DNA of 64,000 bases from assembly GCA_964496425.1 (NCBI GenBank), contig CAZBZO010000003.1:55728-119727 (forward strand), in the 5' to 3' direction. Below are positions 1-8,899 of the stretch, in pieces; position 1 is the first letter of the stretch, and each line of letters starts with the position of its first letter. Both the position numbers and the translations under genes were made by a program. This DNA comes from an uncultured Candidatus Saccharibacteria bacterium (GTDB taxonomy: Bacteria; Patescibacteriota; Minisyncoccia; Phycocordibacterales; UBA9973). The notes under the pieces were generated by a model that did no database searches, was not told where the DNA came from, and saw only the letters and a list, made by a program, of their open reading frames with translations.

Positions 1-251
1 CTCTCCGGCTTTTCCATTAATCGGCCATTACAGACTGCGACTACATCACTTGAAATAAGTATTGCTGGCTCCTGTATAAGCGGGAGTAAGGCGTCAGCCT
101 TGGCTTCAGCGAGCAAAAGCGGAAGCATATAAAAATCATCATGCCGTATCGCCTTCTCGTCGATATCAGCAGACATGACTTCAAATTCAAAGCCAGCTTT
201 TGCAAGTTCTTCTTTTTTTGTTGGAGAGGCAGAACCTAAAATGAGTTTCAT
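1..251 (-). CDS. Maf-like nucleoside triphosphate pyrophosphatase. Partial: the 3' end lies beyond the window start.
   Basis: Reverse-complement translation from the ATG at 251 gives MKLILGSASPTKKEELAKAGFEFEVMSADIDEKAIRHDDFYMLPLLLAEAKADALL. This matches the Maf/Ham1 N-terminal pattern (LILASxSPRRxELL...E). It is not in the ORF track because it is truncated by the window edge. Confidence 0.55.
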   Translation of the reverse strand, partial: MKLILGSASPTKKEELAKAGFEFEVMSADIDEKAIRHDDFYMLPLLLAEAKADALLPLIQEPAILISSDVVAVCNGRLMEKPE

Positions 252-257
252 ACAAAT

Positions 258-1085
258 TTAAGACATCGCACAAACAGTTTCTGTATACGTCATTTCTTTA
301 CTTACAAGTCCAAGTTGTCCGGTGTAACATTTATTTTGACTGCTATCGATCGTACCAAATACGCGTATGTATGCTTCACCACCTTCGCCAGCAAACGGTT
401 CATTATGACTCTCTGCGTTTTCCTTATCCCAAAAATACTGGAAGTCGAACTTAAAAATAGAAGGATTGGTACCAGAGAGACCGTAATGATTCACATAATA
501 ATCAACTGCACTTAAACTGTTTGAAAAAGCGAACGCGTCATTGAGATTGATCGTTGAGAGACCTTGTCGACCGCTGACTTCAATGCTTCGCTCGAGCGGC
601 CATTCTGACGGCGTTGCAAGATGAGTGCGAGTAGCATTGTAAAGCAAAAACTGATCTTCCCGCTGTACAATAACCCAGGATTTTGTGATTGTGTAATCGA
701 CAATATACTCGTAATTTGTTCCGAATGTATTGAAATCAGTTGATTTAATCGAGATGTAAGAATTGAATAGTGCATCAGTAAGATTGTTTTCTGCTTTAAA
801 TGCCGAGATCCAGGCATTTTTGTATGCATCACAACTATACCCTGTTACAAGTGCGCATTCATCATTTTGAGGCGGGATAGGTGTAGGGCTAGGGATCGGC
901 GATGGAGTAGGAGTAGGTGCGGGAGTAGAAGGAAGAGTTTCTTCCTGGGTCTCTTGGGTTTCTGGAAGCGGAGTGGTCGGGACAAAGACAATTTCAGGTT
1001 CGGGACGTGGGACAAGTACGAGGATAATGAAGATACCAGCAAGGATAATAGCGATAATGGAAAGTAAGAAATTTTTGTTTTTCAT
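258..1085 (-). CDS. Membrane-anchored secreted protein of unknown function, with an N-terminal TM helix and a Pro/Thr-rich linker
   Basis: 275-aa ORF. It has a hydrophobic N-terminus (LLSIIAIILAGIFIILVLV) and a PEPEIVFVPTTPLPETQETQEETLPSTPAPTPTPSPIPSPTPIP linker, followed by a Cys-containing globular domain. Confidence 0.5.
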   Translation of the reverse strand: MKNKNFLLSIIAIILAGIFIILVLVPRPEPEIVFVPTTPLPETQETQEETLPSTPAPTPTPSPIPSPTPIPPQNDECALVTGYSCDAYKNAWISAFKAENNLTDALFNSYISIKSTDFNTFGTNYEYIVDYTITKSWVIVQREDQFLLYNATRTHLATPSEWPLERSIEVSGRQGLSTINLNDAFAFSNSLSAVDYYVNHYGLSGTNPSIFKFDFQYFWDKENAESHNEPFAGEGGEAYIRVFGTIDSSQNKCYTGQLGLVSKEMTYTETVCAMS

Positions 1086-1143
1086 GTAAATATGGAAACT
1101 TTATTAATATTTATATATGACGATACATAAACCCTAATCTTAC

Positions 1144-4100
1144 TTAGGCCTTGAGCAGGATTTTGATTGTGAGGGATTCGATTTTTATGCTTTCTCCATC
1201 ATTTTCTGCAAATTCCACATCCTTGGCAAGTACTGTTTTTTTGAAGTCATCCATGAATAGTTCGATAAGCCCAAGAGCATTGTCTGAAATTGTGATTGAA
1301 ATAACATCCTTAGGAGTTAGCCCTTGTTTTTTGCGAAGATCTTGCACAGCGCGAACGAGCTCGCGATACTGACCTTCCTGCTTGAGTTCAGGGGTAATTT
1401 CTGTATTGATTTGTAATTCTGTACCACTTAATACTTCTTTAACATTCAGTTCATCTTTAATAAGACCATGGAATTGTTCCTCAAGAACAGGGGTACTTGG
1501 AATTGTAATACTCTGTAATGTTTGTCGCACTGGGATACCTGCCTTCTGGCGAAGCGCATTTCCCTGCTGGCAAAAACCAATTACAATTTCCATTTTTGTA
1601 ATAAGTTCTTCATTTTCCGCCTTTTTCATTTCTGGCCATTTTGCCAAATGCACACTCTCCTGGTCTCCTTCAATCTTTAATTTCTGCCACAAGTCTTCCG
1701 CAAAAAATGGTGCGAATGGTGCCATGACTTTTGCAAGATTTTTCAAAACAAAATACAAAGTCATTTTTGCCTCTTCCCCGTCCCTCGTCTCGCCGGAGCC
1801 TTGCGCGGAGGCGGATTTCAGTCGATCTCGTGAACGACGCAGATACCAGGTGGAAAGATCGTCAATAAATTCCCGTATGGCTCGCGCTGGCTCGAGCACT
1901 TTATATTCATCAAGTGAGCTCGTTGTAAGTGCGATAAGCTGGTCGAGTCGTGCCACAATCCACGCATCCAAAACGTTCTCGTGCAACTCGTAACTTGTAA
2001 CTCGTAACTCCAAACTTTTATCTCTGTATAGTTCATAAAATGCCACGACGTTGTCGAGTAAGGTGAAAATCTTTCCCTGAAGTTCCTTCACAGTTTTTTC
2101 ATCAAAGTTTTTTGATTCACCTGGCTGATTGACCGAATACATCCACATGCGAAGCGTATCGACACCGTATTTGTCGATCATAGCCCATGGCTCAATAATG
2201 TTACCTTGCGACTTGCTCATTTTTTTACCTTTGTCGTCGAGGATGTGGCCAAGACAAATCACATTCTTATACGCTTTGCCGCGACCAAGAAGCGTCCCAA
2301 CAGCATGCAGTGTGTAGAACCATCCACGTGTTTGGTCGATCGCTTCGCAAATATAGTCTGCCGGATATCCAGCGCCATCTACCCACTCCTTATTTTCGAA
2401 AGGATAATGATCCTGCGCGAGCGGCATCGCGCCACTATCAAACCAGACATCCATGACTTCTTTTACTCGACGATATTCCTTCTTCGTCACGCCGGAGCCA
2501 TCGGCAGAGGCGGGGCCGTCTTTCTCAAGCACTATCTCATCAATGTACGGCCTATGCGGATCAAATTCGTAGTTTTCATTGTGCGGGAGTGGAGCGAAAG
2601 AGAGCTCGCGGATTTCAGCGTTTAGTAAATCAGAATGTTCGTTATTCTTTTTTTCTAAATCCCTAAATGTAAATCCTGAAGCGACAAATTCGAGCGCTCG
2701 ACTCGATGCTGCATGACCGACAATGAGAATATTTTTATTCTGAAATTTTGATTCAATATCATAAATAAAATCTCCCTGCCGTTTTAGCACATCCGCAAAG
2801 CTTTCTCCCCCTGCCAATCTTTTTTCTGGAGAATACACATAATCGTGATTGTAATATTGTTTCACTGCCGAAAGTTCTTGACCTTCAAACTCATTACCGG
2901 GTTCAAGTTCTTGAAGCCGTGCATCATACATCACTTCATCCGAAGGAAAACCTAGTTTCTGACAAACAATTTCTGTACTTTGGCGGGCTCGCTCAAAGGG
3001 CGAAGAAAAGACAACATCAATCTTTTCCCCCAGTTTTGAAATGCTCTCCAAGACTTGTCCTTGTCCTTTTTCTGTCAAAACAGCGTGATGATGATATTCG
3101 TCGGTCCACATTTTACTTGTATTGTTACCCGCTTCTCCGTGCCGCATCACAAAATATTTATTGCCAGATTTCTTGGCATATTTTTTGAGCATGTCGTACG
3201 AATCCACGACCAATCGCTCTCCATCTTCAGCCACCCAAATCGGAAGCGGTGTACCCCAGTACCGCTCACGCGAAATCGCCCAGTCTTTGATGTCTTTCAA
3301 CCATTCACCAAAACGGCCTTGCTTGATGTAACTCGGCTCCCAATTAATTCCTTCGTTTGCTTGTATGAGCTCTTCACGAAGCGTGGACATGCCGATATAC
3401 CACGAATCTCGCGCGTAGTAGATAAGCGGTGTTTTACAACGCCAGCAATGCGGATATGAGTGCGTATAGAGTTCTTTTTTGAAAAATAAATTTTTTGCTG
3501 TGAGGTAGCGAATGATGTCGACGTCGAGCGTCGGTTTGCCGGCTTCATCTTTTTCTTTTACAAATCGTCCTTCGAATTCACCAGTGCCTTTTACAAATGT
3601 GCCGTCAGGATTGACCAGATGAAATTTCGGCAAGCCGACTTTGGTACCAAGCTCAAAGTCTTCTTGTCCATACATGACTGCCGTGTGCACAATACCGGTA
3701 CCGTCCGTCGTCGTCACGAAGTCTGCTGGATAGACTTTATATGCGTTTGCGAGTTTTGGATCACCGGCATCAAGCTCTTGTAAATATGGAAAAAGCGGTT
3801 CATATGAGAGGCCAATTAAATCTCTTCCTTTCATTTCCTTTTCCATTATTTTCTCTGAACCAATCTCCATCTTTTGGAAGAAATCTTTAGAAGCAATAAA
3901 TATATCGTCTGATATTTTAATAAGAGTAGGCTTTTCCGCATCAAAATCCTGGCGATAGTATTTAAAAGCTACATAATCAATATCTTCTCCGACCGCAAGT
4001 CCAACATTCCCAGGTAAAGTCCAAGGTGTTGTTGTCCACGCGAGCAAATAGGTATTTTCTTGTCCAACAATTTTAAATTTCGCAGTGATCGAGAGATCCT

Positions 4101-4758
4101 TATCATCTTGATAGCCTTGTGCAAGTTCGTGACTCGAAAGCGCTGTGCCACAGCGCGGACAGTAGGGCACGACTTTGTAATCTTTATAGAGCAATTTTCG
4201 CTCGTCCACTTTGGCGAGCACGTTCCAAAGCGATTCGATGTAATCGTTGTGATAGGTCACATATGGATGCTCTTCGTCCACCCAGTAGCCGATGCGCTTG
4301 GTAAAGTCTTGCCAGGCATCGACGTATTTCCAGACATTTTCGCGACATTTTTGATTGAAAGCGGCAATGCCGTACTCTTCAATTTCTTTTTTTGATTTGA
4401 GACCAAGCGTTTTCTCGACTTCAAGTTCTACCGGAAGTCCATGCGTATCCCAGCCACCCTTGCGACGCACATGAAAACCCTGCATAGTTTTGTAGCGTGG
4501 AATAATGTCTTTGAATGAGCGGGATTCGAGGTGGTGGATACCCGGCTTGCCGTTGGCAGTCGGCGGACCCTCATAAAAAACAAATTCCTTTCCGCCTTCA
4601 TTTTTGGCCACTGATTGTTCAAATATTTTTCCTTCTTCCCAAAACTCTAAAACGCTCTCTTCACGCTGCGCAAGTGGTGATTTGCTTGTCCCGTTAGAAG
4701 TAGGTTCTACTTGGGAACCGTTAGTTCTAACGGGATGATTTTTTTTATTTTCATCCAT
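1144..4758 (-). CDS. ileS: Isoleucine--tRNA ligase (type 2) carrying an inserted histidine-phosphatase (PGAM-like) domain
   Basis: 1204-aa ORF. Class I HIGH region PPTANGKPGIHH and KMSKS are present, together with the IleRS-specific YPHCWRCKTPLIY and WAISRERYWGTPLP motifs. Between the WAISRERYWG motif and DVWFDSG there is a roughly 270-aa segment, against about 80 aa in E. coli IleRS. The segment contains RHGEAGNN, SSPFERARQSTEI and IVGHAASSRAL, which are the hallmark motifs of the histidine phosphatase superfamily. Confidence 0.9.
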   Translation of the reverse strand: MDENKKNHPVRTNGSQVEPTSNGTSKSPLAQREESVLEFWEEGKIFEQSVAKNEGGKEFVFYEGPPTANGKPGIHHLESRSFKDIIPRYKTMQGFHVRRKGGWDTHGLPVELEVEKTLGLKSKKEIEEYGIAAFNQKCRENVWKYVDAWQDFTKRIGYWVDEEHPYVTYHNDYIESLWNVLAKVDERKLLYKDYKVVPYCPRCGTALSSHELAQGYQDDKDLSITAKFKIVGQENTYLLAWTTTPWTLPGNVGLAVGEDIDYVAFKYYRQDFDAEKPTLIKISDDIFIASKDFFQKMEIGSEKIMEKEMKGRDLIGLSYEPLFPYLQELDAGDPKLANAYKVYPADFVTTTDGTGIVHTAVMYGQEDFELGTKVGLPKFHLVNPDGTFVKGTGEFEGRFVKEKDEAGKPTLDVDIIRYLTAKNLFFKKELYTHSYPHCWRCKTPLIYYARDSWYIGMSTLREELIQANEGINWEPSYIKQGRFGEWLKDIKDWAISRERYWGTPLPIWVAEDGERLVVDSYDMLKKYAKKSGNKYFVMRHGEAGNNTSKMWTDEYHHHAVLTEKGQGQVLESISKLGEKIDVVFSSPFERARQSTEIVCQKLGFPSDEVMYDARLQELEPGNEFEGQELSAVKQYYNHDYVYSPEKRLAGGESFADVLKRQGDFIYDIESKFQNKNILIVGHAASSRALEFVASGFTFRDLEKKNNEHSDLLNAEIRELSFAPLPHNENYEFDPHRPYIDEIVLEKDGPASADGSGVTKKEYRRVKEVMDVWFDSGAMPLAQDHYPFENKEWVDGAGYPADYICEAIDQTRGWFYTLHAVGTLLGRGKAYKNVICLGHILDDKGKKMSKSQGNIIEPWAMIDKYGVDTLRMWMYSVNQPGESKNFDEKTVKELQGKIFTLLDNVVAFYELYRDKSLELRVTSYELHENVLDAWIVARLDQLIALTTSSLDEYKVLEPARAIREFIDDLSTWYLRRSRDRLKSASAQGSGETRDGEEAKMTLYFVLKNLAKVMAPFAPFFAEDLWQKLKIEGDQESVHLAKWPEMKKAENEELITKMEIVIGFCQQGNALRQKAGIPVRQTLQSITIPSTPVLEEQFHGLIKDELNVKEVLSGTELQINTEITPELKQEGQYRELVRAVQDLRKKQGLTPKDVISITISDNALGLIELFMDDFKKTVLAKDVEFAENDGESIKIESLTIKILLKA

Positions 4759-4761
4759 AAT

Positions 4762-5040
4762 TTAAATAAAAGCTGTGATAACAGTAAAAATTCCTAGCGC
4801 TATTCCTGGAAGATTCGCCCAAAACAAAAACCAGTCTTTCCTCCAATATGCGTATAGGGACCAGACACTACAGTTGATAGTTACCAAGATAGGTTGAATA
4901 AATATATTGCTCTCCCCATGTAGGTTTGAAAGTGCAACTTCAATAAGCGCAAAAAACATACCGAGCGCTAAGCACGTACCCATAAAACCAAATATTTTTA
5001 TAATTTTCTCGTTCATAAAAAAGAAAACTCGTCCGGACAC
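4762..5040 (-). CDS. Small 3-TM membrane protein, possibly SemiSWEET/PQ-loop-like
   Basis: 92 aa with three predicted TM helices. WSLYAYWRKDWFLFWANLPG resembles the SemiSWEET W..YG...D.P....AN..G pattern, but the TM1 PQ motif is not clear. Confidence 0.35.
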   Translation of the reverse strand: MSGRVFFFMNEKIIKIFGFMGTCLALGMFFALIEVALSNLHGESNIFIQPILVTINCSVWSLYAYWRKDWFLFWANLPGIALGIFTVITAFI

Positions 5041-5059
5041 AACAATATCTTGTCATGCA

Positions 5060-5258
5060 AGGACGAGTTTCCTCGTGGTACCACCTTGGTTCCTCTCTTT
5101 CGAGAGCTTATTTAGGACTATGACGGGTCTATCCGCTGGATTCTACTTTGTCACGCCGTAGTTTTACACGAAGGCGGACTTTCTTCCCAGAGCTGCCCGC
5201 CGCATTGGTGGGCTTAGAGGTGATTCCTGCCCGGATTTTCAGACGGGGCCTCTTTTTA
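5060..5258 (+). ncRNA. Candidate structured RNA or cis-regulatory leader ending in a terminator-like hairpin. Its class is unidentified.
   Basis: A 290-nt divergent intergenic region whose GC content is visibly higher than the flanks. The only ORF here (4907-5161) has no protein-like composition. GCCCGGATTTTCAGACGGGGC followed by CTCTTTTTA at 5229-5258 forms an intrinsic-terminator-like element on the plus strand, about 70 nt upstream of the ATG at 5328. Confidence 0.25.
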
Positions 5259-5327
5259 GCTTGTACTCCTATCATACTTGAAATAATGCCTCTGTAAAGC
5301 TCTCATGTTTCCTGATACAATATATCT

Positions 5328-5591
5328 ATGGATTTTACTTCCAACCTTCCTAAGTTGCCATCTTCCATCCCGGATCCAAGCACCTGGTTTCACCCGTCAT
5401 ATCTTGTCGCTGGTTTTTGGATCGTAGTAGCGATCGTCATGATCATTTCTATGGTGTTGGTCTGGCATTGGAAAGAATATGGCGAAAATTATGTGAGAGG
5501 ATTTCTCGTCCAAGCAATATATGGATTTGGACTTTTACTGATCCTAAGCACACTCCTAACAAAAGTGCATGCTCTCGCCGCACTTCTATGA
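5328..5591 (+). CDS. Small membrane protein (2 TM), hypothetical
   Basis: 87-aa ORF with two hydrophobic helices. Its TGA stop overlaps the ATG of the next gene (ATGA). Confidence 0.5.
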   Translation: MDFTSNLPKLPSSIPDPSTWFHPSYLVAGFWIVVAIVMIISMVLVWHWKEYGENYVRGFLVQAIYGFGLLLILSTLLTKVHALAALL

Positions 5592-6121
5592 AACTCCATC
5601 CGCATGAAAAGAAAATAGCTGTCTTTCGTAAGCATCCCTTTTACATCGCCGTCGATGCCGCACTCTTTTTATTTTTGGCCATACTGCCGATCGCACTCTA
5701 TCGATACGGCCTGCCATTTTTGGGAATAGAACTCTCCATCGTACTCGTCACCGTACTCGACACGTTGTTTTGGCTCTGGGTATTGTTTCTCTGGGTTGGA
5801 TTTTTTGTAGCTTGGACCAACTACTCGCTTGATCTCTGGATTCTCACCAACGAACGCCTCGTCGATGTCGAACAACTCGGGCTTTTTTCTCGAAGTGTCG
5901 CCACCTTGGAGCTTTCGCATGTCGAAGACGTCACTATAGAAACTCATGGCATGTGGGACGAGCTACTTCGTAGTGGCACAGTCAAAGTCCAAACCGCCGG
6001 CACTAAAGATGAATTTCGTATCAGAAATGTCGCCCTCCCCGAATCCGTCAAAGATACGATCCTTATCGCTCATCGAGCAAAGCGAGACGAAGTGAAAAAA
6101 GTGGAAGTCGTCAACGGATAA
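5588..6121 (+). CDS. Membrane protein with a bacterial PH-like (bPH_2/YdbS-like) domain
   Basis: An in-frame ATG at 5588 overlaps the upstream stop; the track ORF 5417-6121 is N-terminally over-extended. The protein has an N-terminal two-TM hairpin (FYIAVDAALFLFLAILPIAL...FWLWVLFLWVGFFVAW) followed by WILTNERLVDVEQLGLFSRSVATLELSHVEDVTIE...GTVKVQTAG, which is typical of the DUF304/bPH_2 fold. Confidence 0.55.
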   Translation: MKLHPHEKKIAVFRKHPFYIAVDAALFLFLAILPIALYRYGLPFLGIELSIVLVTVLDTLFWLWVLFLWVGFFVAWTNYSLDLWILTNERLVDVEQLGLFSRSVATLELSHVEDVTIETHGMWDELLRSGTVKVQTAGTKDEFRIRNVALPESVKDTILIAHRAKRDEVKKVEVVNG

Positions 6122-6231
6122 AAACACTTTCGTAAAAATAAGGTATTTCTCCTCCCACTTTTACTTCTTGCCACACAAGGAGTAGAATCATAGTAAATCA
6201 CACCCTTTCAAGTCACCTTAAAAACTCTCCC

Positions 6232-7086
6232 ATGAAAAAGACACTGCTCTTTTCATTGATGCTCATCTCGGCTACCGTGTGCGCTCAATACACTCCCAAA
6301 TCTCCGGGAAACGACACAATCATTTCTCGTTTTAATGCGCAAAGCGAATTTTTACTTTCGTATATCGCTTCCCCGATGTGTTTCAAGCACCTCAGGAGTT
6401 CGTATGCTTATCAAGCACAGATCATGTATATTGGTTCTGAAACAGATCCCTTAGACTCGATTCTTGCTCGAAATGAACAAAATATCCGCTATGATCGTGT
6501 CTGCACTGCATCGTATGCTATTCAAGAAAAAACAATATTGGATATGCTAATCGAACTTGCCACGAGTAACGGTGTAAGTTTTATCGGCCTCTACGCCGTC
6601 GAATCACCAGTGGCTATTTTTACTATCAGACCAAGCTACGGCATACTACATCACGTAGACAAAGGATCAATACTTTTTTCGCCGCTCGCACACGAAAAAT
6701 TGTATCGCACCTGTCCGATCCACGAACTCACACATCGAAGTACTGACGGTTCAGTGCGACTCAATCGAGGGACAATTATGCGCATCAGAGAAAAAACCAA
6801 ACTCGACACTGTGAGTTCCGGATTGTTTCTCGATCTGCGTACCAATACAATACATTGCTACTATGACAATCCATGTGAAGTGACAGCGCGACTCAATGCA
6901 CTTCGATATATTTTGTACCAGGCTGGAATATATGATCCACGATACCAGGAATTCAAAAAAGAATACCTGAGCTTTACTCAAAAATATTGTTCGGAGAAAA
7001 ATCCAGAATTCGACACCAATGTAGCTGATTTACTATCCATAGCCTCTCCAGACGATTTAGTCTGGCTAATGAATAATATTGATTGA
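6232..7086 (+). CDS. Secreted protein with a signal peptide and one HExxH motif, hypothetical
   Basis: MKKTLLFSLMLISATVCAQ is signal-peptide-like. There is a single IHELTHR (HExxH) motif. No other family resemblance was recognised. Confidence 0.45.
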   Translation: MKKTLLFSLMLISATVCAQYTPKSPGNDTIISRFNAQSEFLLSYIASPMCFKHLRSSYAYQAQIMYIGSETDPLDSILARNEQNIRYDRVCTASYAIQEKTILDMLIELATSNGVSFIGLYAVESPVAIFTIRPSYGILHHVDKGSILFSPLAHEKLYRTCPIHELTHRSTDGSVRLNRGTIMRIREKTKLDTVSSGLFLDLRTNTIHCYYDNPCEVTARLNALRYILYQAGIYDPRYQEFKKEYLSFTQKYCSEKNPEFDTNVADLLSIASPDDLVWLMNNID

Positions 7087-7090
7087 AATG

Positions 7091-7130
7091 AACGCCTGAC
7101 CGTTTTCCCAAACTGGTCAGGCGTTTTTTA
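7091..7130. terminator. Bidirectional intrinsic terminator between convergent genes
   Basis: AACGCCTGACC-(13 nt)-GGTCAGGCGTT followed by TTTTTT, located between the stop of the 6232-7086 gene (+) and argS (-). Confidence 0.7.
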
Positions 7131-8897
7131 CATCCTCTCCGGCATTTTGATGCCAAGGAGATAGAGGCCATTTTTCATGGTCGCTATAAATGCTTCCGTA
7201 AGCGCTATTTTGTACGGCGAATACTGGTCATCTTTACTCACAATTGGGTGCTGTGCATAGAAAGCATTGAACTCGCCGGCAAGCGCAGTGAGGTACGTAA
7301 CGATATGGTGTGGTTCGTATTCTTCTAAAGCGCGGGTGACCACTTCTGGAAATCGATATAAATATTTTTCGAGGGTAAAAATTTCTGCTGGCGTATCTCC
7401 CGTATTTGAAGCCAGGCTTTCTCCTTCGGCCTTTTTCAACACCGAACCAGCGCGCGTGGCACTGTATTGTAAGTACGGACCCGAATCACCCTCGAAAGAA
7501 ATAGACTTCTCTGCGTCGTAGACGATATCACTACCGATGCCAGAGCGAAGGATCGAATACTTAAGTGCCGCCACGCCAACGATCTCGGCGATTTCTTTTT
7601 TCTCACCATCGGCAAATTCTCGCTCGGCTATTTTTTCCAAAATCATATTTTGCGCATCAGCAAGGAGTGCCTCTCCGGTCACCACATTGCCTTTCCGCGA
7701 GCCCATCTTGCCTGTCGTAAGACGCATCATGCCGTGAGTGATATGCTTCATGCGAGCTGCTATATCGGGCTTCATAAGCTCGATAGCCTTTTGTACGACT
7801 TTCATATACTCAGCTTGTTCATTGGCAGTGATGACGATAGAGAGAGCGAGGTCAGATTCTTTTTCAAATTTGGTCTCAGTGAGACCAAGCTCTTTGGTTT
7901 CATACGTCGGCAGACCTTGCGAAGTGATGAACACGCGAGTATGAAGCTTCGGATCATGCTCTTCGGCTTTAAAGACGATCGCTCCATCACTTTCACTAAA
8001 CACTGAACCAACATTGTTTTTCACAATATCTACTCCGATCGGCGCCATGTCACTTTCAAAAAAATAATGCACAAACTTTGTACCCAAAAGTGCGTAAATC
8101 TCTTCAAATGCAGCAAGTGTCACTTCGCGACCCCAGTCATACAGCGCATTGATTTCAGGATCGCTCTTTTCATAGATTTTTTTATTGATCGCATCAATCT
8201 CTTTTTTGGCGTTTTCGTCTTCGTCATAGAGATTGGAACCTTCACTGTATCGCATACCGATATACTGCGCTTGAACCGAATCCGGCAAAGTTTCTTCCGG
8301 TTTACCGGTTTGCAAAAGTCGGTAGATAGTTTTAGCAACATGAAGACCGACATCTCCTTGATAGTTGGCACGGATCACCTGGGCGCCACTCCACTCCCCA
8401 AGACGAGCAATCGACTCACCAATAACATTGGTCATCAAGTGACCGATATGAAATGGCTTGAAGGGATTGGGGTCGGTGTACTCGACCATGATCTTTTTGC
8501 CGGCACTCATGCTATTTTGCCCCCATGTTTTAGTGTCTTTCAAAATGCCAATGGTCGCATCGGAGAAGAATCCGCGGGAGAGGTGGAAGTTGATAAAGCC
8601 GGGACCTGCAACTTGAATTTCCTGTATTTCAGGAAATTCACCCTGAGTCTGCCGAAGGGTCGCCACTATTTTCTCCGCAAGCTCGCGAGGATTTGTTTTG
8701 GCTTGGTTTGCCAAAACGAGTGCCACATTGGTCGAATAGTCTCCATGCGTAATATCGCTCGGATGCTCAAGCGCAAAATCCACCTCGGGCAATCCGAGCT
8801 GGGCAAGACTTTTTTGTATGAGATTTCGTATAGAATCGACGATCACGGAATCAGTGTAACATAAAAAAATGGACTCCTGCATTGAGCTGAAGTCCAT
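7128..8897 (-). CDS. argS: Arginine--tRNA ligase
   Basis: 589-aa ORF. PFHIGHLMTNVIGESIARL is the class I HIGH region in ArgRS context, and a DALR-type anticodon-binding C-terminus is present. The N-terminal SIRNLIQKSLAQLG...GDYSTNVAL aligns with the E. coli ArgRS N-terminus. The true start may be the GTG at 8846, because a terminator-like hairpin (8861-8899) covers the first ATG. Confidence 0.9.
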   Translation of the reverse strand: MDFSSMQESIFLCYTDSVIVDSIRNLIQKSLAQLGLPEVDFALEHPSDITHGDYSTNVALVLANQAKTNPRELAEKIVATLRQTQGEFPEIQEIQVAGPGFINFHLSRGFFSDATIGILKDTKTWGQNSMSAGKKIMVEYTDPNPFKPFHIGHLMTNVIGESIARLGEWSGAQVIRANYQGDVGLHVAKTIYRLLQTGKPEETLPDSVQAQYIGMRYSEGSNLYDEDENAKKEIDAINKKIYEKSDPEINALYDWGREVTLAAFEEIYALLGTKFVHYFFESDMAPIGVDIVKNNVGSVFSESDGAIVFKAEEHDPKLHTRVFITSQGLPTYETKELGLTETKFEKESDLALSIVITANEQAEYMKVVQKAIELMKPDIAARMKHITHGMMRLTTGKMGSRKGNVVTGEALLADAQNMILEKIAEREFADGEKKEIAEIVGVAALKYSILRSGIGSDIVYDAEKSISFEGDSGPYLQYSATRAGSVLKKAEGESLASNTGDTPAEIFTLEKYLYRFPEVVTRALEEYEPHHIVTYLTALAGEFNAFYAQHPIVSKDDQYSPYKIALTEAFIATMKNGLYLLGIKMPERM

Positions 8898-8899
8898 TT
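8861..8899 (-). terminator. Terminator-like hairpin with a U-run, probably ending the upstream dut operon
   Basis: On the minus strand, AAATGGACT-(15 nt)-AGTCCATTT is followed by TTTTTTT. It lies between the dut stop (9099) and argS. Confidence 0.45.

Noticed and set aside
5041-5327. RNase P RNA, tmRNA or SRP RNA identity for the GC-rich intergenic segment
   Set aside because: Only a partial GGAAGAAAGUCCGCC resemblance to RNase P P4 on the minus strand was seen, with no GGUAAGAGCGCACC or ACAGAANCCGGCUUA regions. No tmRNA tag reading frame ending in ALAA-like residues was found, and no SRP domain IV GGAAGGAAGCAGC motif. It is left as an unclassified candidate RNA.
5417-6121. The 234-aa ORF version of the bPH_2 membrane protein, overlapping the 5328-5591 gene
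   Set aside because: An internal ATG at 5588 overlaps the upstream TGA (ATGA). The N-terminal 57 residues of the long version are an out-of-frame read of the upstream gene.
8067-8864. 265-aa plus-strand ORF antisense to argS, along with similar antisense ORFs inside ileS (1382-1993, 2206-2625), nrdA (38560-38991, 39023-39529) and others
   Set aside because: They lie entirely within well-supported genes on the opposite strand, and have no motifs and skewed composition.
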